Source: Candidatus Levyibacteriota bacterium
GTDB lineage: Bacteria > Patescibacteriota > Microgenomatia > Levybacterales > GWA1-39-11
Direction: 5' to 3'
Assembly (NCBI GenBank): GCA_039738415.1
Contig: JBCLLY010000001.1
Coordinates: 53,621-117,620, forward strand
Length of the DNA: 64,000 nucleotides
Part shown: positions 1 through 9,907 of the stretch, one piece after another
Layout of the letters: each line of letters begins with the position of its first letter
Numbering within the stretch: position 1 is the first letter of the stretch
The notes under the pieces: model-generated
What the model was told of the DNA's origin: nothing
The model's database searches: none
The model's input: the letters and a program-made list of their open reading frames with translations, nothing else
Program-made: the position numbers and the translations under genes

Positions 1-32
1 CTCTCTCAGAAAGAGTAAACAGCAATAGAAAA

Positions 33-590
33 TTGGTTTCAAAAAACCAAACCTATCCACTAGAAAAAGCTGTTACTCTACTAACTCAATTTAAGACCGG
101 TAAATTTGATGAAAGTGTTGAGCTCCACGTAAGTACACGCGAACAAGGCGTTTCAGGTGTACTAAATCTTCCCCACGGAAGCGGTAAAACTTTGAGAATA
201 AAAATAGCAGATGATGCAATTCTCGCATCAATTGAGGCTGGAAAAATTGACTTTGACGTACTGGTCGCAACTCCTGACATGATGCCAAAGCTAGCTAAAG
301 TTGCCCGAATCCTAGGACCACGCGGCCTTATGCCAAATCCTAAAAACGGAACAGTAACTCCAAAACCAGAGGATGCTGTAAAAAAACTTTCAGGAGGAGA
401 AATACGATTTAAAACTGAGCCAAAAGCACCTATAATTCATTTGATAATCGGAAAAATGTCCTTTGGAGAAAAGAAAATTCTTGAAAACGCAAAATCAGCG
501 ATTGATGCAATAGGTGAAAATAAAATAAAGTCCGCAACGCTCACCTCAACTATGTCTCCGGGAATAAAACTCCAAGTTTCATCTATTTAA
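33..590 (+). CDS. rplA: 50S ribosomal protein L1 (reading frame open to window start; N-terminus may be truncated by window edge; TTG start at 33)
   Basis: Translation matches the L1 family (e.g. ...PLEKAVTLL..., GVLNLPHGSGKTLRI, GPRGLMPNPKNGTV). No in-frame stop upstream to position 3. Confidence 0.8.
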   Translation: MVSKNQTYPLEKAVTLLTQFKTGKFDESVELHVSTREQGVSGVLNLPHGSGKTLRIKIADDAILASIEAGKIDFDVLVATPDMMPKLAKVARILGPRGLMPNPKNGTVTPKPEDAVKKLSGGEIRFKTEPKAPIIHLIIGKMSFGEKKILENAKSAIDAIGENKIKSATLTSTMSPGIKLQVSSI

Positions 591-597
591 AAATCTT

Positions 598-1062
598 ATG
601 GAAACTCTCGCACCATCTTCTATTGAAAATTCTGTTGTAGGAAGGCCTTTCTTTTTATCAGGGAGTGTTCCTTTTCCTGAAGCAGAGCTTTCGGATAGAG
701 GAAATGTTGCTCTTCGTGATGAGCTTGAGGCTGTCTGGCCACAGGCAGAAGAGGATTTCGTAACCTTTTATCAAAGTACCCATGGTAATCCTATCCAGGA
801 AGCACTTGCACAAAGAGTTGATTATGAAAGCGTAACGCTTGAAGAGATAGGCAGTCTGGTAGACGTAAGCAGTCCCAATGCCTTACGAAAGGTAAGAGCT
901 GCACTACAAGTTGGAGAGCTTATTTATAAAGCAGATGTAGGTCTATGGAATTTTACAAAAATCGAAACGGTACAACTAATGGTAGGTCTTATTGGGAAAA
1001 AGTACAGAAATATTTATGTTAGAAATCTCTGCAATTCTCAGGATCTCAACCCGAATTCTTGA
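598..1062 (+). CDS. hypothetical protein; weak resemblance to a sigma-factor region-4 type HTH (TLEEIGSLVDVSSPNALRKVRAAL)
   Basis: ORF of 154 aa immediately after rplA; the motif resemblance is by eye only. Confidence 0.3.
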   Translation: METLAPSSIENSVVGRPFFLSGSVPFPEAELSDRGNVALRDELEAVWPQAEEDFVTFYQSTHGNPIQEALAQRVDYESVTLEEIGSLVDVSSPNALRKVRAALQVGELIYKADVGLWNFTKIETVQLMVGLIGKKYRNIYVRNLCNSQDLNPNS

Positions 1063-1092
1063 CCACTTTGAAAAAATTAGTATAATGCTTAT

Positions 1093-1464
1093 ATGAGACC
1101 TGAAGACTGGGACCATACCAAAAGAAACTATCTACAAGTTTTATATGATACAGAAAGCCAAGCAGAAATAGGCGAAGCAATGGGATTAAGTCCCGATAGG
1201 TCTACTCTAAAATCAAGTGAATCTCATCATCCTCAACATAAAGGACATAATTTACGACATTTAGGGCTTCTGCCAGAAGATATACTAGTTACTTCAATTG
1301 AAAATGGGGAACCAGAAATAAGAATTATTTCAGAAAGAGAAAATATAGCCACGCCAGAAGATATTGCAAAAAGAATGCATGAGCAAGATATTCGTATCGC
1401 AAAAATTCCATATGCAAAGCGAAGTCCAGTAGAGAGAAAATATCTAAAACACAGACAACAATAG
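1093..1464 (+). CDS. hypothetical protein (possible HTH, ...TESQAEIGEAMGLSPDRSTLKS...)
   Basis: 123-aa ORF with an extended -10 like TATAAT just upstream (tagtataatgc at 1079-1088). Confidence 0.3.
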   Translation: MRPEDWDHTKRNYLQVLYDTESQAEIGEAMGLSPDRSTLKSSESHHPQHKGHNLRHLGLLPEDILVTSIENGEPEIRIISERENIATPEDIAKRMHEQDIRIAKIPYAKRSPVERKYLKHRQQ

Positions 1465-1500
1465 ATTACCCTGAAAGAATTATTTGATTAATTCGTCTAA

Positions 1501-2160
1501 ATGAAACCGCTTGTAGCAATTTTTGCTCATCCTGACGACGAGGCTTTTGGACCCTCAGGAACCATTGCAAAATTTTCAAAAACCCACGATATTTACCTTA
1601 TTTGTGCAACCGGAGGCGAGGTCGGAAAGAATAGCTTGCCTCAAACCGAAAAAGCACTTTCACAAGTCCGCAAACAAGAACTGCTAGCATCTTCAAAAAT
1701 TTTAGGTGTCAAAAAAGTTTACTTCTTGGGATTTGAAGACGGAATGCTGTCAAACAATTTGTACCACAAATTAGCCTCGAAAATTGAGAGAAAACTTAAA
1801 GAATTAAAACCCGAAATAGTGATAACCTTTGAACCCCGCGGGGTCTCGGGACATATTGACCACATCACTGTTTCTTTCGTAACAACTTTTGTAGTCAAAA
1901 AACTAAACTTTGTAAAAAAACTTTTGTACTATTGCATAACGGACACTGAAAGGACCAAATACAAAAGAGACTATTTTATTTATTTTCCCGACGGGTACAA
2001 ACATAATGAAATTGATTGGAAAAATGATATCTCCTCTGTATGGGATACGAAAGTTAAAGCAATGAAGGCTCATAAGTCACAAAAACACGATTGTGATGTA
2101 ATACTGAAAGTTCTTGAAAAATTGCCCAGGAAAGAGAATTTTTTATTGCTCAAACCGTAG
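1501..2160 (+). CDS. PIG-L/LmbE family N-acetylglucosaminyl deacetylase
   Basis: N-terminal AHPDDE motif (VAIFAHPDDEAFGPSGT) and a later HxxH (GHIDHITV) typical of the PIG-L family. Confidence 0.7.
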   Translation: MKPLVAIFAHPDDEAFGPSGTIAKFSKTHDIYLICATGGEVGKNSLPQTEKALSQVRKQELLASSKILGVKKVYFLGFEDGMLSNNLYHKLASKIERKLKELKPEIVITFEPRGVSGHIDHITVSFVTTFVVKKLNFVKKLLYYCITDTERTKYKRDYFIYFPDGYKHNEIDWKNDISSVWDTKVKAMKAHKSQKHDCDVILKVLEKLPRKENFLLLKP

Positions 2161-2200
2161 TTATTTCTTTAACGCTTCAATGCCGGGAAGCGTTCCAGTC
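2161..2200 (-). pseudogene. duplicated 3' fragment of pgk (encodes MLLTGTLPGIEALKK*); a roughly 30-bp direct repeat of the true pgk 3' end at 2678-2707
   Basis: ctttaaCgcttcaatgccgggaagcgttcc at 2167-2196 vs ctttaaTgcttcaatgccgggaagcgttcc at 2678-2707. The minus-strand translation reproduces the pgk C-terminus. Confidence 0.6.
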
Positions 2201-2278
2201 AGCAACATCTATCTTTTCACTTAACAACTCAATAAAAGCTATTGTAATAATCAAAGTTTAAATTTATAATTCATTTTT

Positions 2279-2668
2279 ATGACAGCGGAGAACCCTAATT
2301 TTTCATCACCAGAAGAGTTTTACCAATTTGGCACTGAACTTGGTTTAGAATTTACTGAACCAGCAATAGAATCCGCTGAAGTAGCTCTCGCTCCTGAACC
2401 AGCAAATTCTGGAACAAATACAGATAAAACTGTTACGGGCTGGAGTGCAATACAAAAAGAAAGAAGAGAAAGGCAACATAAAGTAAATAAAGAACCTCCT
2501 CCAAACAATAGCCATGCTCATCGTTGGAGAATTGAAGAGGCTAAAGGACCGACTTCAGAAGGGCATTGCACAAATTGTGGTACTATAGAGATCTTTAGAA
2601 ATTGGTATGAAAATGATTATTCAGGGCTTAAAAAAACAAATAAACCAATAGATTTGTACGATTTATAG
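2279..2668 (+). CDS. hypothetical protein with C-terminal Cys pair (HCTNCG); lies between the two pgk-3'-end repeats
   Basis: 129-aa ORF; no family recognised. Confidence 0.35.
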   Translation: MTAENPNFSSPEEFYQFGTELGLEFTEPAIESAEVALAPEPANSGTNTDKTVTGWSAIQKERRERQHKVNKEPPPNNSHAHRWRIEEAKGPTSEGHCTNCGTIEIFRNWYENDYSGLKKTNKPIDLYDL

Positions 2669-2670
2669 TC

Positions 2671-3867
2671 TTATCTCTTTAATGCTTCAATGCCGGGAAG
2701 CGTTCCGTTTTCGATATACTCAAGCATCGCACCTCCACCGGTTGAAATGTGGGTAATATTATCAAGATATTCCTTTTTTGAAATCGCCGCAATAGTATCT
2801 CCACCACCGACAACTGAAATCGCATCATTATTGCGAGCTATTGAATAATATAGAAAATCCGTTCCACGCTTAAACTGCTCGTTTTCAATATATCCTACCG
2901 GACCATTCCAGATAATAGTCCTTGCACCCATTATTATCCTCCCATACTGTGCCATAGTTTCAGGCCCTACATCGAGAATTACATCATCACTTTTTACATT
3001 TTCAACTTTTCTAATACCTCCACCATTCTCATTATTTTTTTTATCTCCCACAGCAACGTCCTCCGGTAAAACTATTTGAGTTCCGTGCCGTTTTGCCTCA
3101 TCTATAATCTTTCTTACTTCTTTTTCCATATTCTTCTCACAAAGACTCTTTCCCACAGGAAATCCTTTTGCCGCAAGAAAAGTATTTGCAATTCCCCCGC
3201 CAAGAATTAATACGTCTGTTATTTTTGTTAATTTATGAAGTAAATGAAATTTTGTAGAAACTTTCGCTCCACCGATGATAGCAACAATCGGGTGCTTAGG
3301 ATTTTTTAAAAGCCCTTCTATAACCTCTATCTCACGCTTCAAAAGAAGTCCTCCATATGAGGGCAAAAGCCCGGCCACACCCACAACTGAAGAACTTTTC
3401 CTGTGACAAACACCAAAAGCATCATTGACATAAATGTCGGAAATGTCTGCAAGTTGCCTAGTAAGTTCTTGTCCCGAGGCGCTCGTTGGATCTTCCTCGC
3501 CTTTATAAAATCTGATATTTTCCAAAAATAAAATCTCCCCGTTTTTCTGATTTTCAAGCTGTTTTTTTCCTTTCTCAGCCAGAAAATCCTCAACTAAAGT
3601 AATTTTTACACCCGGCAGATATTCGCGAAGTCTTTTTACCACAACCCCCAGAGTGTGTTTTTTATCACGCTTTTTCGGTCTATCCAAATGTGCTACCAGA
3701 ATAAGCTTATTGTGTTTGAATAGTTTTTCAATAGTAGGAACGCCCTGTCGTATACGTTCATCGTCAGCAATTTTAAATTTTGGAGTTAAGGTTACATTAA
3801 AATCCACACGCAAAAGAATTTTTTTATTCTTAATCTTCTCGTTATCTATAAATTTAATACTTTCCAT
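2671..3867 (-). CDS. pgk: phosphoglycerate kinase
   Basis: 398 aa with canonical PGK motifs (RVDFNVP-like N-terminus, GGGASLE-like GGGAMLEY, C-terminal hinge). Length typical. Confidence 0.9.
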   Translation of the reverse strand: MESIKFIDNEKIKNKKILLRVDFNVTLTPKFKIADDERIRQGVPTIEKLFKHNKLILVAHLDRPKKRDKKHTLGVVVKRLREYLPGVKITLVEDFLAEKGKKQLENQKNGEILFLENIRFYKGEEDPTSASGQELTRQLADISDIYVNDAFGVCHRKSSSVVGVAGLLPSYGGLLLKREIEVIEGLLKNPKHPIVAIIGGAKVSTKFHLLHKLTKITDVLILGGGIANTFLAAKGFPVGKSLCEKNMEKEVRKIIDEAKRHGTQIVLPEDVAVGDKKNNENGGGIRKVENVKSDDVILDVGPETMAQYGRIIMGARTIIWNGPVGYIENEQFKRGTDFLYYSIARNNDAISVVGGGDTIAAISKKEYLDNITHISTGGGAMLEYIENGTLPGIEALKR

Positions 3868-3870
3868 AAT

Positions 3871-4857
3871 CTATTTAAAAAACTTTAAATATCTGCCAAT
3901 TTCAAGTTTGCTACCCATGGCAATAGGACGTCTTTCCGAAATTTGACTAGGCTGATATTTTAATGGATTTACCCCTTTACTATCAACCGCTTTTCCTCCC
4001 GCCTGCTCAATTATATACGACATCGGATTTACTTCATACATTAGTCTCAATTTCCCATTTATATCTTTCGTATTTGCCGGGTACATAAATATTCCACCTG
4101 AAATCATAATCCTGTGAACGTCTGCGACCATGCAGGCAATATATCTGGTTTTATACTCATCCTTTTTTATATCTTTAAGATATTTTTTGTGCCCATTATC
4201 AAGTAAATCATACAAGCCTTCATTAATTGAATATATTTTTCCCTCGGTTGGAACTCTCATATCCGGATGGGAAAGAAGAAAACTTCCTATCGAGGGGTCA
4301 AGAGTAAAGCCATTGACTCCTTGTCCTGCAGTATACACAAACATAATACTGGACCCATATAAAGCGTATCCTGCGGCAAGTTGCTTGCTTCCCTTTTGCA
4401 ATAATTCCTTTTCGTCGTGAGTGTCTTTTGACCTAATATTAAGAGGAGGCGCTTTATAAATTGAAAAAATAGTACCCATCGGGGCGTTGGTTGCGATATT
4501 ACTCGAACCATCCAGAGGATCAAAAAAGACTACGTATTCACCTCTCAAATTATCAGAAAAAATCGGTTTTTCCAGCTCCTCAGAGCCTACTGCATAGACA
4601 AGGCCTGAATTGATAAGAGTATCTATTAAAAGCTTGTTTGCGTACTCGTCCAGCTTTTGCACTTTTTCACCATATGTATTTATACTGCCGGCAGCACCCA
4701 AAATATCAACCAGACCTGTTTTTTTAATATGAGAGCCGATTATTCTAACGCTGTTTTCCAAAATAGTGAGAAGAAGCGTAAATGAACCGGTTGCATCCTC
4801 AATTTTTTTTTCTTCATTGAGTATAAACTCCGTAAGTGTCGTTACCTTATGGTACAT
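3871..4857 (-). CDS. fbp: fructose-1,6-bisphosphatase class 1
   Basis: FBPase-I signature FFDPLDGSSNIATNAPMGTIFSIY and a metal-binding region; 328 aa. Confidence 0.75.
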   Translation of the reverse strand: MYHKVTTLTEFILNEEKKIEDATGSFTLLLTILENSVRIIGSHIKKTGLVDILGAAGSINTYGEKVQKLDEYANKLLIDTLINSGLVYAVGSEELEKPIFSDNLRGEYVVFFDPLDGSSNIATNAPMGTIFSIYKAPPLNIRSKDTHDEKELLQKGSKQLAAGYALYGSSIMFVYTAGQGVNGFTLDPSIGSFLLSHPDMRVPTEGKIYSINEGLYDLLDNGHKKYLKDIKKDEYKTRYIACMVADVHRIMISGGIFMYPANTKDINGKLRLMYEVNPMSYIIEQAGGKAVDSKGVNPLKYQPSQISERRPIAMGSKLEIGRYLKFFK

Positions 4858-4858
4858 A

Positions 4859-6199
4859 TTATGCGATATACTTGCGGACAGTATGAGCAGTGCCTGCTAT
4901 ATTAAAACTTTCAAACAGAAATGCCAACTTCCTTCCTAAAGCCTCTCTTATTTTCTCTCTATCATTTTCAGATAAACTCCAGCAATCTTTTTTGAATGGA
5001 CCAACTGATTTTTTACGCATTTTATAAACAAACTGAGTATCATTCCAACCATCTTCGCGCTCGTCTGTACAGTTTTCCATAGTCCACTGATGCATTTTTT
5101 CCCGTAGAGAGCTAGGCAAATTATCAATCATAATATTCATAAATTCTGTCGCGAGGTGAACTTCTACCGTATCGTTTTGTACAAATTGTGTGAACATTTT
5201 TTCAGGTAAGGTTGACGCACCATGTTGAACCGAACCCGCAATTTTATATTTTTCCCGAGCAACACGACTTATATCTTTTAGAACGTTAAAGTCTATCGGC
5301 ACTTCGATTACTTTTCCGTTTTCATCAGGAATTCCTCCATGTGAAGTACCCGTCTGGACGCTTACTTTTGTAATCCCCGAAGTATCTCTGCCGATTATGT
5401 CTAAGTACCCTTCCATAAATGCCTCGAAATCCTCAACTGAACTATTTTTACCTCCTATATGTCCAATTTCCCCACCTATTGCGACAGTTACTCCGGGAGG
5501 CTGAATACCTCTAATATATTTGGTCAACTCGGCAGTCATTTCAAAATTTACTTTTTGCTGCTGTAAAAGTTCTTCTTTTTCTAAATCAACCAGCGTCGAT
5601 GCATCTATATCGATATTATAAAATTTCGCCATTAAAGAATCTTTTATCAAAAGCTTTATACTGTCAATTTCTTCCTGCGGATTAGTTTTAAATTTATCTT
5701 CTTTAAATTGGAAATGGTCTCCTTGGATAAAAACAGGACCGTTAAATCCTGCTTTTATCGCACCTGCCAAAACTGAAGCTGAAAACTCGTCAGGGTTTTG
5801 GTCACAATATTTCATTTCAGACCGGGCAATTTCAAAAATAAATGCGCCCGCCTCTATTTTTTGAGCCTGCTCAAATATGACTCTTGAAAAATCGTAATTC
5901 ATCATTCTAATATTCATAGCTGGAACGCTAAAACCATTAACTTCCCCATCACCAATCGCTTTATATAAAGGGTATATTGAAGCGGAAGCAATACCAACCG
6001 CAGAGGCAATTTTACGTATAAAAATTTGTGCCTCATGTCTTAACGATGAGTCCTGAGAAAGCGCTGATGTGTAGGCAAGTCTATCAATTCCATCAGCGCG
6101 TAACTTTTGCTCATCACAAACTTTAACAGAATTGTCCTGCTGCAGTGTCAAAAAGGTTGATATAAAAGAAGAGAGCTCCTGACTGCTATTTAGTACCAT
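4859..6199 (-). CDS. fba: class II (metal-dependent) ketose-bisphosphate aldolase family, likely fructose-bisphosphate aldolase (long form)
   Basis: Pattern GGEIGHIGG ... SHGG ... QHGAST parallels the class-II FBA ELGCTGGEEDG / VHGVY / FHGGSG blocks. Contiguous with pgk and fbp. Confidence 0.55.
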   Translation of the reverse strand: MVLNSSQELSSFISTFLTLQQDNSVKVCDEQKLRADGIDRLAYTSALSQDSSLRHEAQIFIRKIASAVGIASASIYPLYKAIGDGEVNGFSVPAMNIRMMNYDFSRVIFEQAQKIEAGAFIFEIARSEMKYCDQNPDEFSASVLAGAIKAGFNGPVFIQGDHFQFKEDKFKTNPQEEIDSIKLLIKDSLMAKFYNIDIDASTLVDLEKEELLQQQKVNFEMTAELTKYIRGIQPPGVTVAIGGEIGHIGGKNSSVEDFEAFMEGYLDIIGRDTSGITKVSVQTGTSHGGIPDENGKVIEVPIDFNVLKDISRVAREKYKIAGSVQHGASTLPEKMFTQFVQNDTVEVHLATEFMNIMIDNLPSSLREKMHQWTMENCTDEREDGWNDTQFVYKMRKKSVGPFKKDCWSLSENDREKIREALGRKLAFLFESFNIAGTAHTVRKYIA

Positions 6200-6279
6200 T
6201 AAATCAACATTAATGTATTTTGGTAAGTTTTGTCAATTCTCTTTTTATGAGTTTTTCTGATATCATAGACTAAATTTGT

Positions 6280-6624
6280 ATGAAAAATAATATATTTGGA
6301 GGTGCAATTTGGACCGACCATGCGCTTTCGCGTATGAAAGAACGAGGAATTCCAGATGATTATGCAATTTCTACATTCAAAAATCCCGATACTTCAAAAC
6401 GCAATGAAGGTGGGCTAAAACTCTCAAAACAAATAGATGATAAAACGGTCATATTGGTTATAAAGAAGAATGAAGAGAGCGAATGGCTGGTAGTATCAGC
6501 TTGGATGGATCCACCCATGGAAGGGACAAAAGATTTTAAGAAAAAACAAAGATACAATGAGTACAGAAAAGGATCCTTGGGGAAGAAAATCTGGCTAACA
6601 ATTCTCAAGCAGTTAGGTTTATAG
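6280..6624 (+). CDS. DUF4258-like small protein
   Basis: N-terminal HALSRMKERGI...NPD motif characteristic of DUF4258. Confidence 0.4.
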   Translation: MKNNIFGGAIWTDHALSRMKERGIPDDYAISTFKNPDTSKRNEGGLKLSKQIDDKTVILVIKKNEESEWLVVSAWMDPPMEGTKDFKKKQRYNEYRKGSLGKKIWLTILKQLGL

Positions 6625-6641
6625 AGGCTAGAAGCTAGAGG

Positions 6642-7367
6642 CTAGTAACTTACAAGTTTTACAATATCAGCGTCTTTTCTTAATTTCTCTATCCATGTTG
6701 TATATTGAGTTTGAAGTTTTTGCTGTTTTAACTGCTCTCTGAGCTGATTTCTTGTTTCCTCTTCGTTTTCAGCATTTGCCAAAAGGTCAGGATTTGCGCT
6801 AACAAATTCGTTAAATTCCTCGTCACTTACTTTCGTATTTTCGCTAAGCATTTTTTCAACTACAATCTGAATTCTTAGCTCTTGCGTAAATTCCTCTGAA
6901 GTTAATCCTTGAGCTTCTAATATCTGCTGGAAATTCTCTTCATTTCCACTACTTACCTGCTTAATAATTTCTTTTCTCTTAGTATCAACTTCTTCCTGTG
7001 TTGCGCTCAAGTTTTGCTTTCGTGCTTCCTGAAGAATTAATTTGCGGTCAACTAATCTAGTTATAACCTCTGCGCCGTGCTGTTTTTCTAATTCTCCAAT
7101 AATCGCAATCCTAGATACAGGCTCTCCATTTACAAGTGCTGCTATAAATAATCCTCTATTTATAAATAGAACAATTCCCAGTAATACCACACAAACTATT
7201 CCAATTAGAATATATCTTGTCTTTTTGGGAAGTACTTCTAATTTAAAAGGATTTAACCGAAACTTATCTCCTGCTTTAGAGAGGATTGGTACTAAAGACT
7301 TTGCTGCTGTTTTTATAACAGTGCTTGTTTTTTTTGCAGAACCTGTCGTTTTCTTTGCTGTAGCCAT
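6642..7367 (-). CDS. membrane-anchored SurA-N-like chaperone/PPIase-family protein
   Basis: N-terminal TM helix followed by coiled-coil-rich SurA_N-like region; 241 aa. Confidence 0.35.
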   Translation of the reverse strand: MATAKKTTGSAKKTSTVIKTAAKSLVPILSKAGDKFRLNPFKLEVLPKKTRYILIGIVCVVLLGIVLFINRGLFIAALVNGEPVSRIAIIGELEKQHGAEVITRLVDRKLILQEARKQNLSATQEEVDTKRKEIIKQVSSGNEENFQQILEAQGLTSEEFTQELRIQIVVEKMLSENTKVSDEEFNEFVSANPDLLANAENEEETRNQLREQLKQQKLQTQYTTWIEKLRKDADIVKLVSY

Positions 7368-7438
7368 GAGAACTAGTATAGATAAAATAAATCAAAAAAA
7401 CAATAGTGAATTATTACATTCAAACTTATACCTAGTAA

Positions 7439-8122
7439 CTATTCGCATTCGCTTACAATAGTATTTCCTAAAAACTTAATTTCATAAGTTGCTTTTTTAA
7501 TTGCGATTATTTGATAAGGATTTGTAAGCGCCTCAGTTACGATACAGCTATCACCAGGAATAGTCTCATTCACCATAAATTCTATTCTATCCTCAGTAAC
7601 TTCTATTTGCTTTAAGCCAACTGAATAACCCCCCGATGGCTTTTGCCCCATAATAACAGCAATAACCGTTTTCTCATTAAAATCAACGTCAGGGACAATT
7701 CCGCTTTCACCAAAAAGCACGTCCCATTCTTCCGGTGAATTTATAATGTAATTTCCTCGAGGAAACTGCAGGTTTATCTCGTTCGTCCCCTTTTTTATCT
7801 GTATTATCTCCAGGGGAGGAGTTTTGGTACTTTCAACAAAAGTCTTTTCTTTTACCTCGCACTGTCTGGGATAACTTTCCATAACAGCCCCTCCGACAGA
7901 AATACATTCTTCAAAGGAGGTTATCGAATTTCTTTTTATATTGTTAAACCCAAGATATAAAATGAATAGTGTAACTAAAAACACTCCAGATATGGCACCG
8001 TAACCTACGTGTCTTCTTCTTGAAACTTTTCTTGTAATTTTTTTTGGAGCTTTTGAAGCTCTCTTCTTGGGCATTAAGTAAAGTGTATCACAGGAAATGG
8101 TGGATGGTAAATAGCCAGCCAC
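7439..8122 (-). CDS. membrane-anchored protein, possible PrcB_C domain
   Basis: N-terminal TM segment; C-terminal ...TVIAVIMGQKPSGGYSVGL... resembles PrcB C-terminal domain. Confidence 0.3.
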   Translation of the reverse strand: MAGYLPSTISCDTLYLMPKKRASKAPKKITRKVSRRRHVGYGAISGVFLVTLFILYLGFNNIKRNSITSFEECISVGGAVMESYPRQCEVKEKTFVESTKTPPLEIIQIKKGTNEINLQFPRGNYIINSPEEWDVLFGESGIVPDVDFNEKTVIAVIMGQKPSGGYSVGLKQIEVTEDRIEFMVNETIPGDSCIVTEALTNPYQIIAIKKATYEIKFLGNTIVSECE

Positions 8123-8198
8123 ACATCGCTACGTTAGGACTTTAGCGGGCGGGTGAATTGTGAATAGGTTTCGAACTCAAACTAAAAGGGTTCAATAT

Positions 8199-8225
8199 TG
8201 TATAATATACTTGTGAGCGAGGGAG
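8199..8225 (+). promoter_or_regulatory. extended -10 (TGTATAAT, 8199-8206) and Shine-Dalgarno GAGGGAG (8219-8225) for the downstream CDS
   Basis: Read directly from the sequence. Confidence 0.4.
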
Positions 8226-8233
8226 ATGTTGAT

Positions 8234-9049
8234 ATGGGAATAGAAGCTTCTGGGGAATTTGCGGGTTTTTCTAGAGAAGATCTTGAATTAAAGCCCCAAT
8301 ACCCGGTTATTGTTCCGGCCGGCTTAAGAGATAGTGAATTAATGAAGCAAAGACCAGATGGCCCCATAATATTTGTAGATTCGCGTGATCCAAATACAGC
8401 AACTGTAATTAATCAAGACACCTGGGGTCCAAAACTAAAAAGAGATGGAAGAGCCGAAACTATCGCAATATCAAGCATTGCACTAAGACGCTTTGCAGCT
8501 ATTATTCTGCACACCTCTCCCAGAACTCCTGAAGATTCGCACGATAAAACTATTGAAATTCTTTCTGGCCTATTAAAAAAACCCAACGATGCTATCGCAA
8601 ATCAACACCTTGGGGTTATTGCAGTTGTTGAAGACCAAGGTAGTGACACGAGAACCGGCTGGCGAGAAGATGGGCTAAGAAAACATGGTATCATTATAGA
8701 CAGAAGGGGTGGTAAACAAGCGGTTTTTCAAAGCGGAGACTACACCATAAGCATGGGAAGGGTTGCTAAAAAAACTATTCTCCCAGAGCATCTTAAAGCA
8801 GATCCGCAGTCAAAAGATGTTAAGGAAAAAAGAGAACCAGGCGATGTTATTGAACTACCTACTACTTGCGGAGATTGCGGGCAACACCTTAAAGAAAAAT
8901 ATTACGAAAAATCCGGCAGACACGCAGTGCTATTAATACGTCAGGTTGAATGCGATAATAAAGCACATAGACGGGGGCCGAATGTAATTAGTAATATTTT
9001 TATCAGGACCTTGAGACCATTGGATAAAAATCCGAATCCAAAACCTTAA
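8234..9049 (+). CDS. hypothetical protein with C-terminal Cys-rich zinc-ribbon-like segment (CGDCGQH...CDNKAH)
   Basis: The ORF track start (TTG 8198) precedes the promoter-like element. ATG at 8234 has a good SD 8 nt upstream. Confidence 0.4.
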   Translation: MGIEASGEFAGFSREDLELKPQYPVIVPAGLRDSELMKQRPDGPIIFVDSRDPNTATVINQDTWGPKLKRDGRAETIAISSIALRRFAAIILHTSPRTPEDSHDKTIEILSGLLKKPNDAIANQHLGVIAVVEDQGSDTRTGWREDGLRKHGIIIDRRGGKQAVFQSGDYTISMGRVAKKTILPEHLKADPQSKDVKEKREPGDVIELPTTCGDCGQHLKEKYYEKSGRHAVLLIRQVECDNKAHRRGPNVISNIFIRTLRPLDKNPNPKP

Positions 9050-9906
9050 TCATCCTCCACAGTCAAATCCAGATAAATCCTGCGGTTTGTTGCTATCTCT
9101 AGTTCTCGTCTGCTCATAGAACCTATTTCTTTAATCTTACTCCCACCTTCACCAATAATCATTTTCTTATATTTTTTAGGGGCCAGAATTCTTGCCTTTA
9201 TATAAGTTAAATCCTTTTTCTTTCTGTTTTTTATCTCATCGACTACAACTCGAATTACATATGGCAGTTCGCGTCTGAGCCTCAGAAATGCTTTTTCCCG
9301 GATAAGCTCCTCGATAAATAAATTAGAGCTTATATTTAAAGCTTTATTGGGCATTTTTTCCAGATCAAATAATTTTCCCCCCTCAGGTAGCTTTTCAAAA
9401 ATCCAATCGATTATTTGATTTATATTTTCACCTTTTAGGGCTGAAACATAAACGATATCCTCAAATTCGTCTTCCAAAAATTTATATTGCTCTGAATAAT
9501 TTTTTTCTCTCTTATCAGTCTTGTTAAATACCAAAAGTTTTGGGATAGCAATTTTTCTCAACACTCCCAGGACTCTATTTTCTTCAAGTCCGCGCGCGCG
9601 AGTTGGGTCTATTACATAAACAACAGCATTTACTTCATCAGTTAGTGCGTGTTCTGCCGTAAGATTTATTTCCTTAAGTTTCGGATCATTTGTTTTTGCA
9701 AAAATTCCCGGTGTGTCTAAAAATAAAATTTGTCCTCGCCCCGGCTTACTCTTTGTCGCAGGATCTTCATACGCTGCCTGAATTAAAAATTGCGTAGTCT
9801 GGGGCCTGGGAGAAGTTATTGCAACTTTTTGCCCGATAATTCTATTTACAAGAGTTGATTTGCCTGCATTTGGCCGTCCGATAAGAGCTACTGTTCCCGA
9901 TTTCAT
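9046..9906 (-). CDS. era: GTPase Era
   Basis: G1 GRPNAGKST, G-domain motifs and C-terminal KH domain. Start chosen at internal Met (MKSGTVALIG) to avoid overlapping the upstream ORF; the track ORF extends to 9963. Confidence 0.85.
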   Translation of the reverse strand: MKSGTVALIGRPNAGKSTLVNRIIGQKVAITSPRPQTTQFLIQAAYEDPATKSKPGRGQILFLDTPGIFAKTNDPKLKEINLTAEHALTDEVNAVVYVIDPTRARGLEENRVLGVLRKIAIPKLLVFNKTDKREKNYSEQYKFLEDEFEDIVYVSALKGENINQIIDWIFEKLPEGGKLFDLEKMPNKALNISSNLFIEELIREKAFLRLRRELPYVIRVVVDEIKNRKKKDLTYIKARILAPKKYKKMIIGEGGSKIKEIGSMSRRELEIATNRRIYLDLTVEDD

Positions 9907-9907
9907 T

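Noticed and set aside
8182-8367. Minus-strand 61-aa ORF.
   Set aside because: Antisense to the promoter and 5' end of the plus-strand gene with SD and ATG at 8234.
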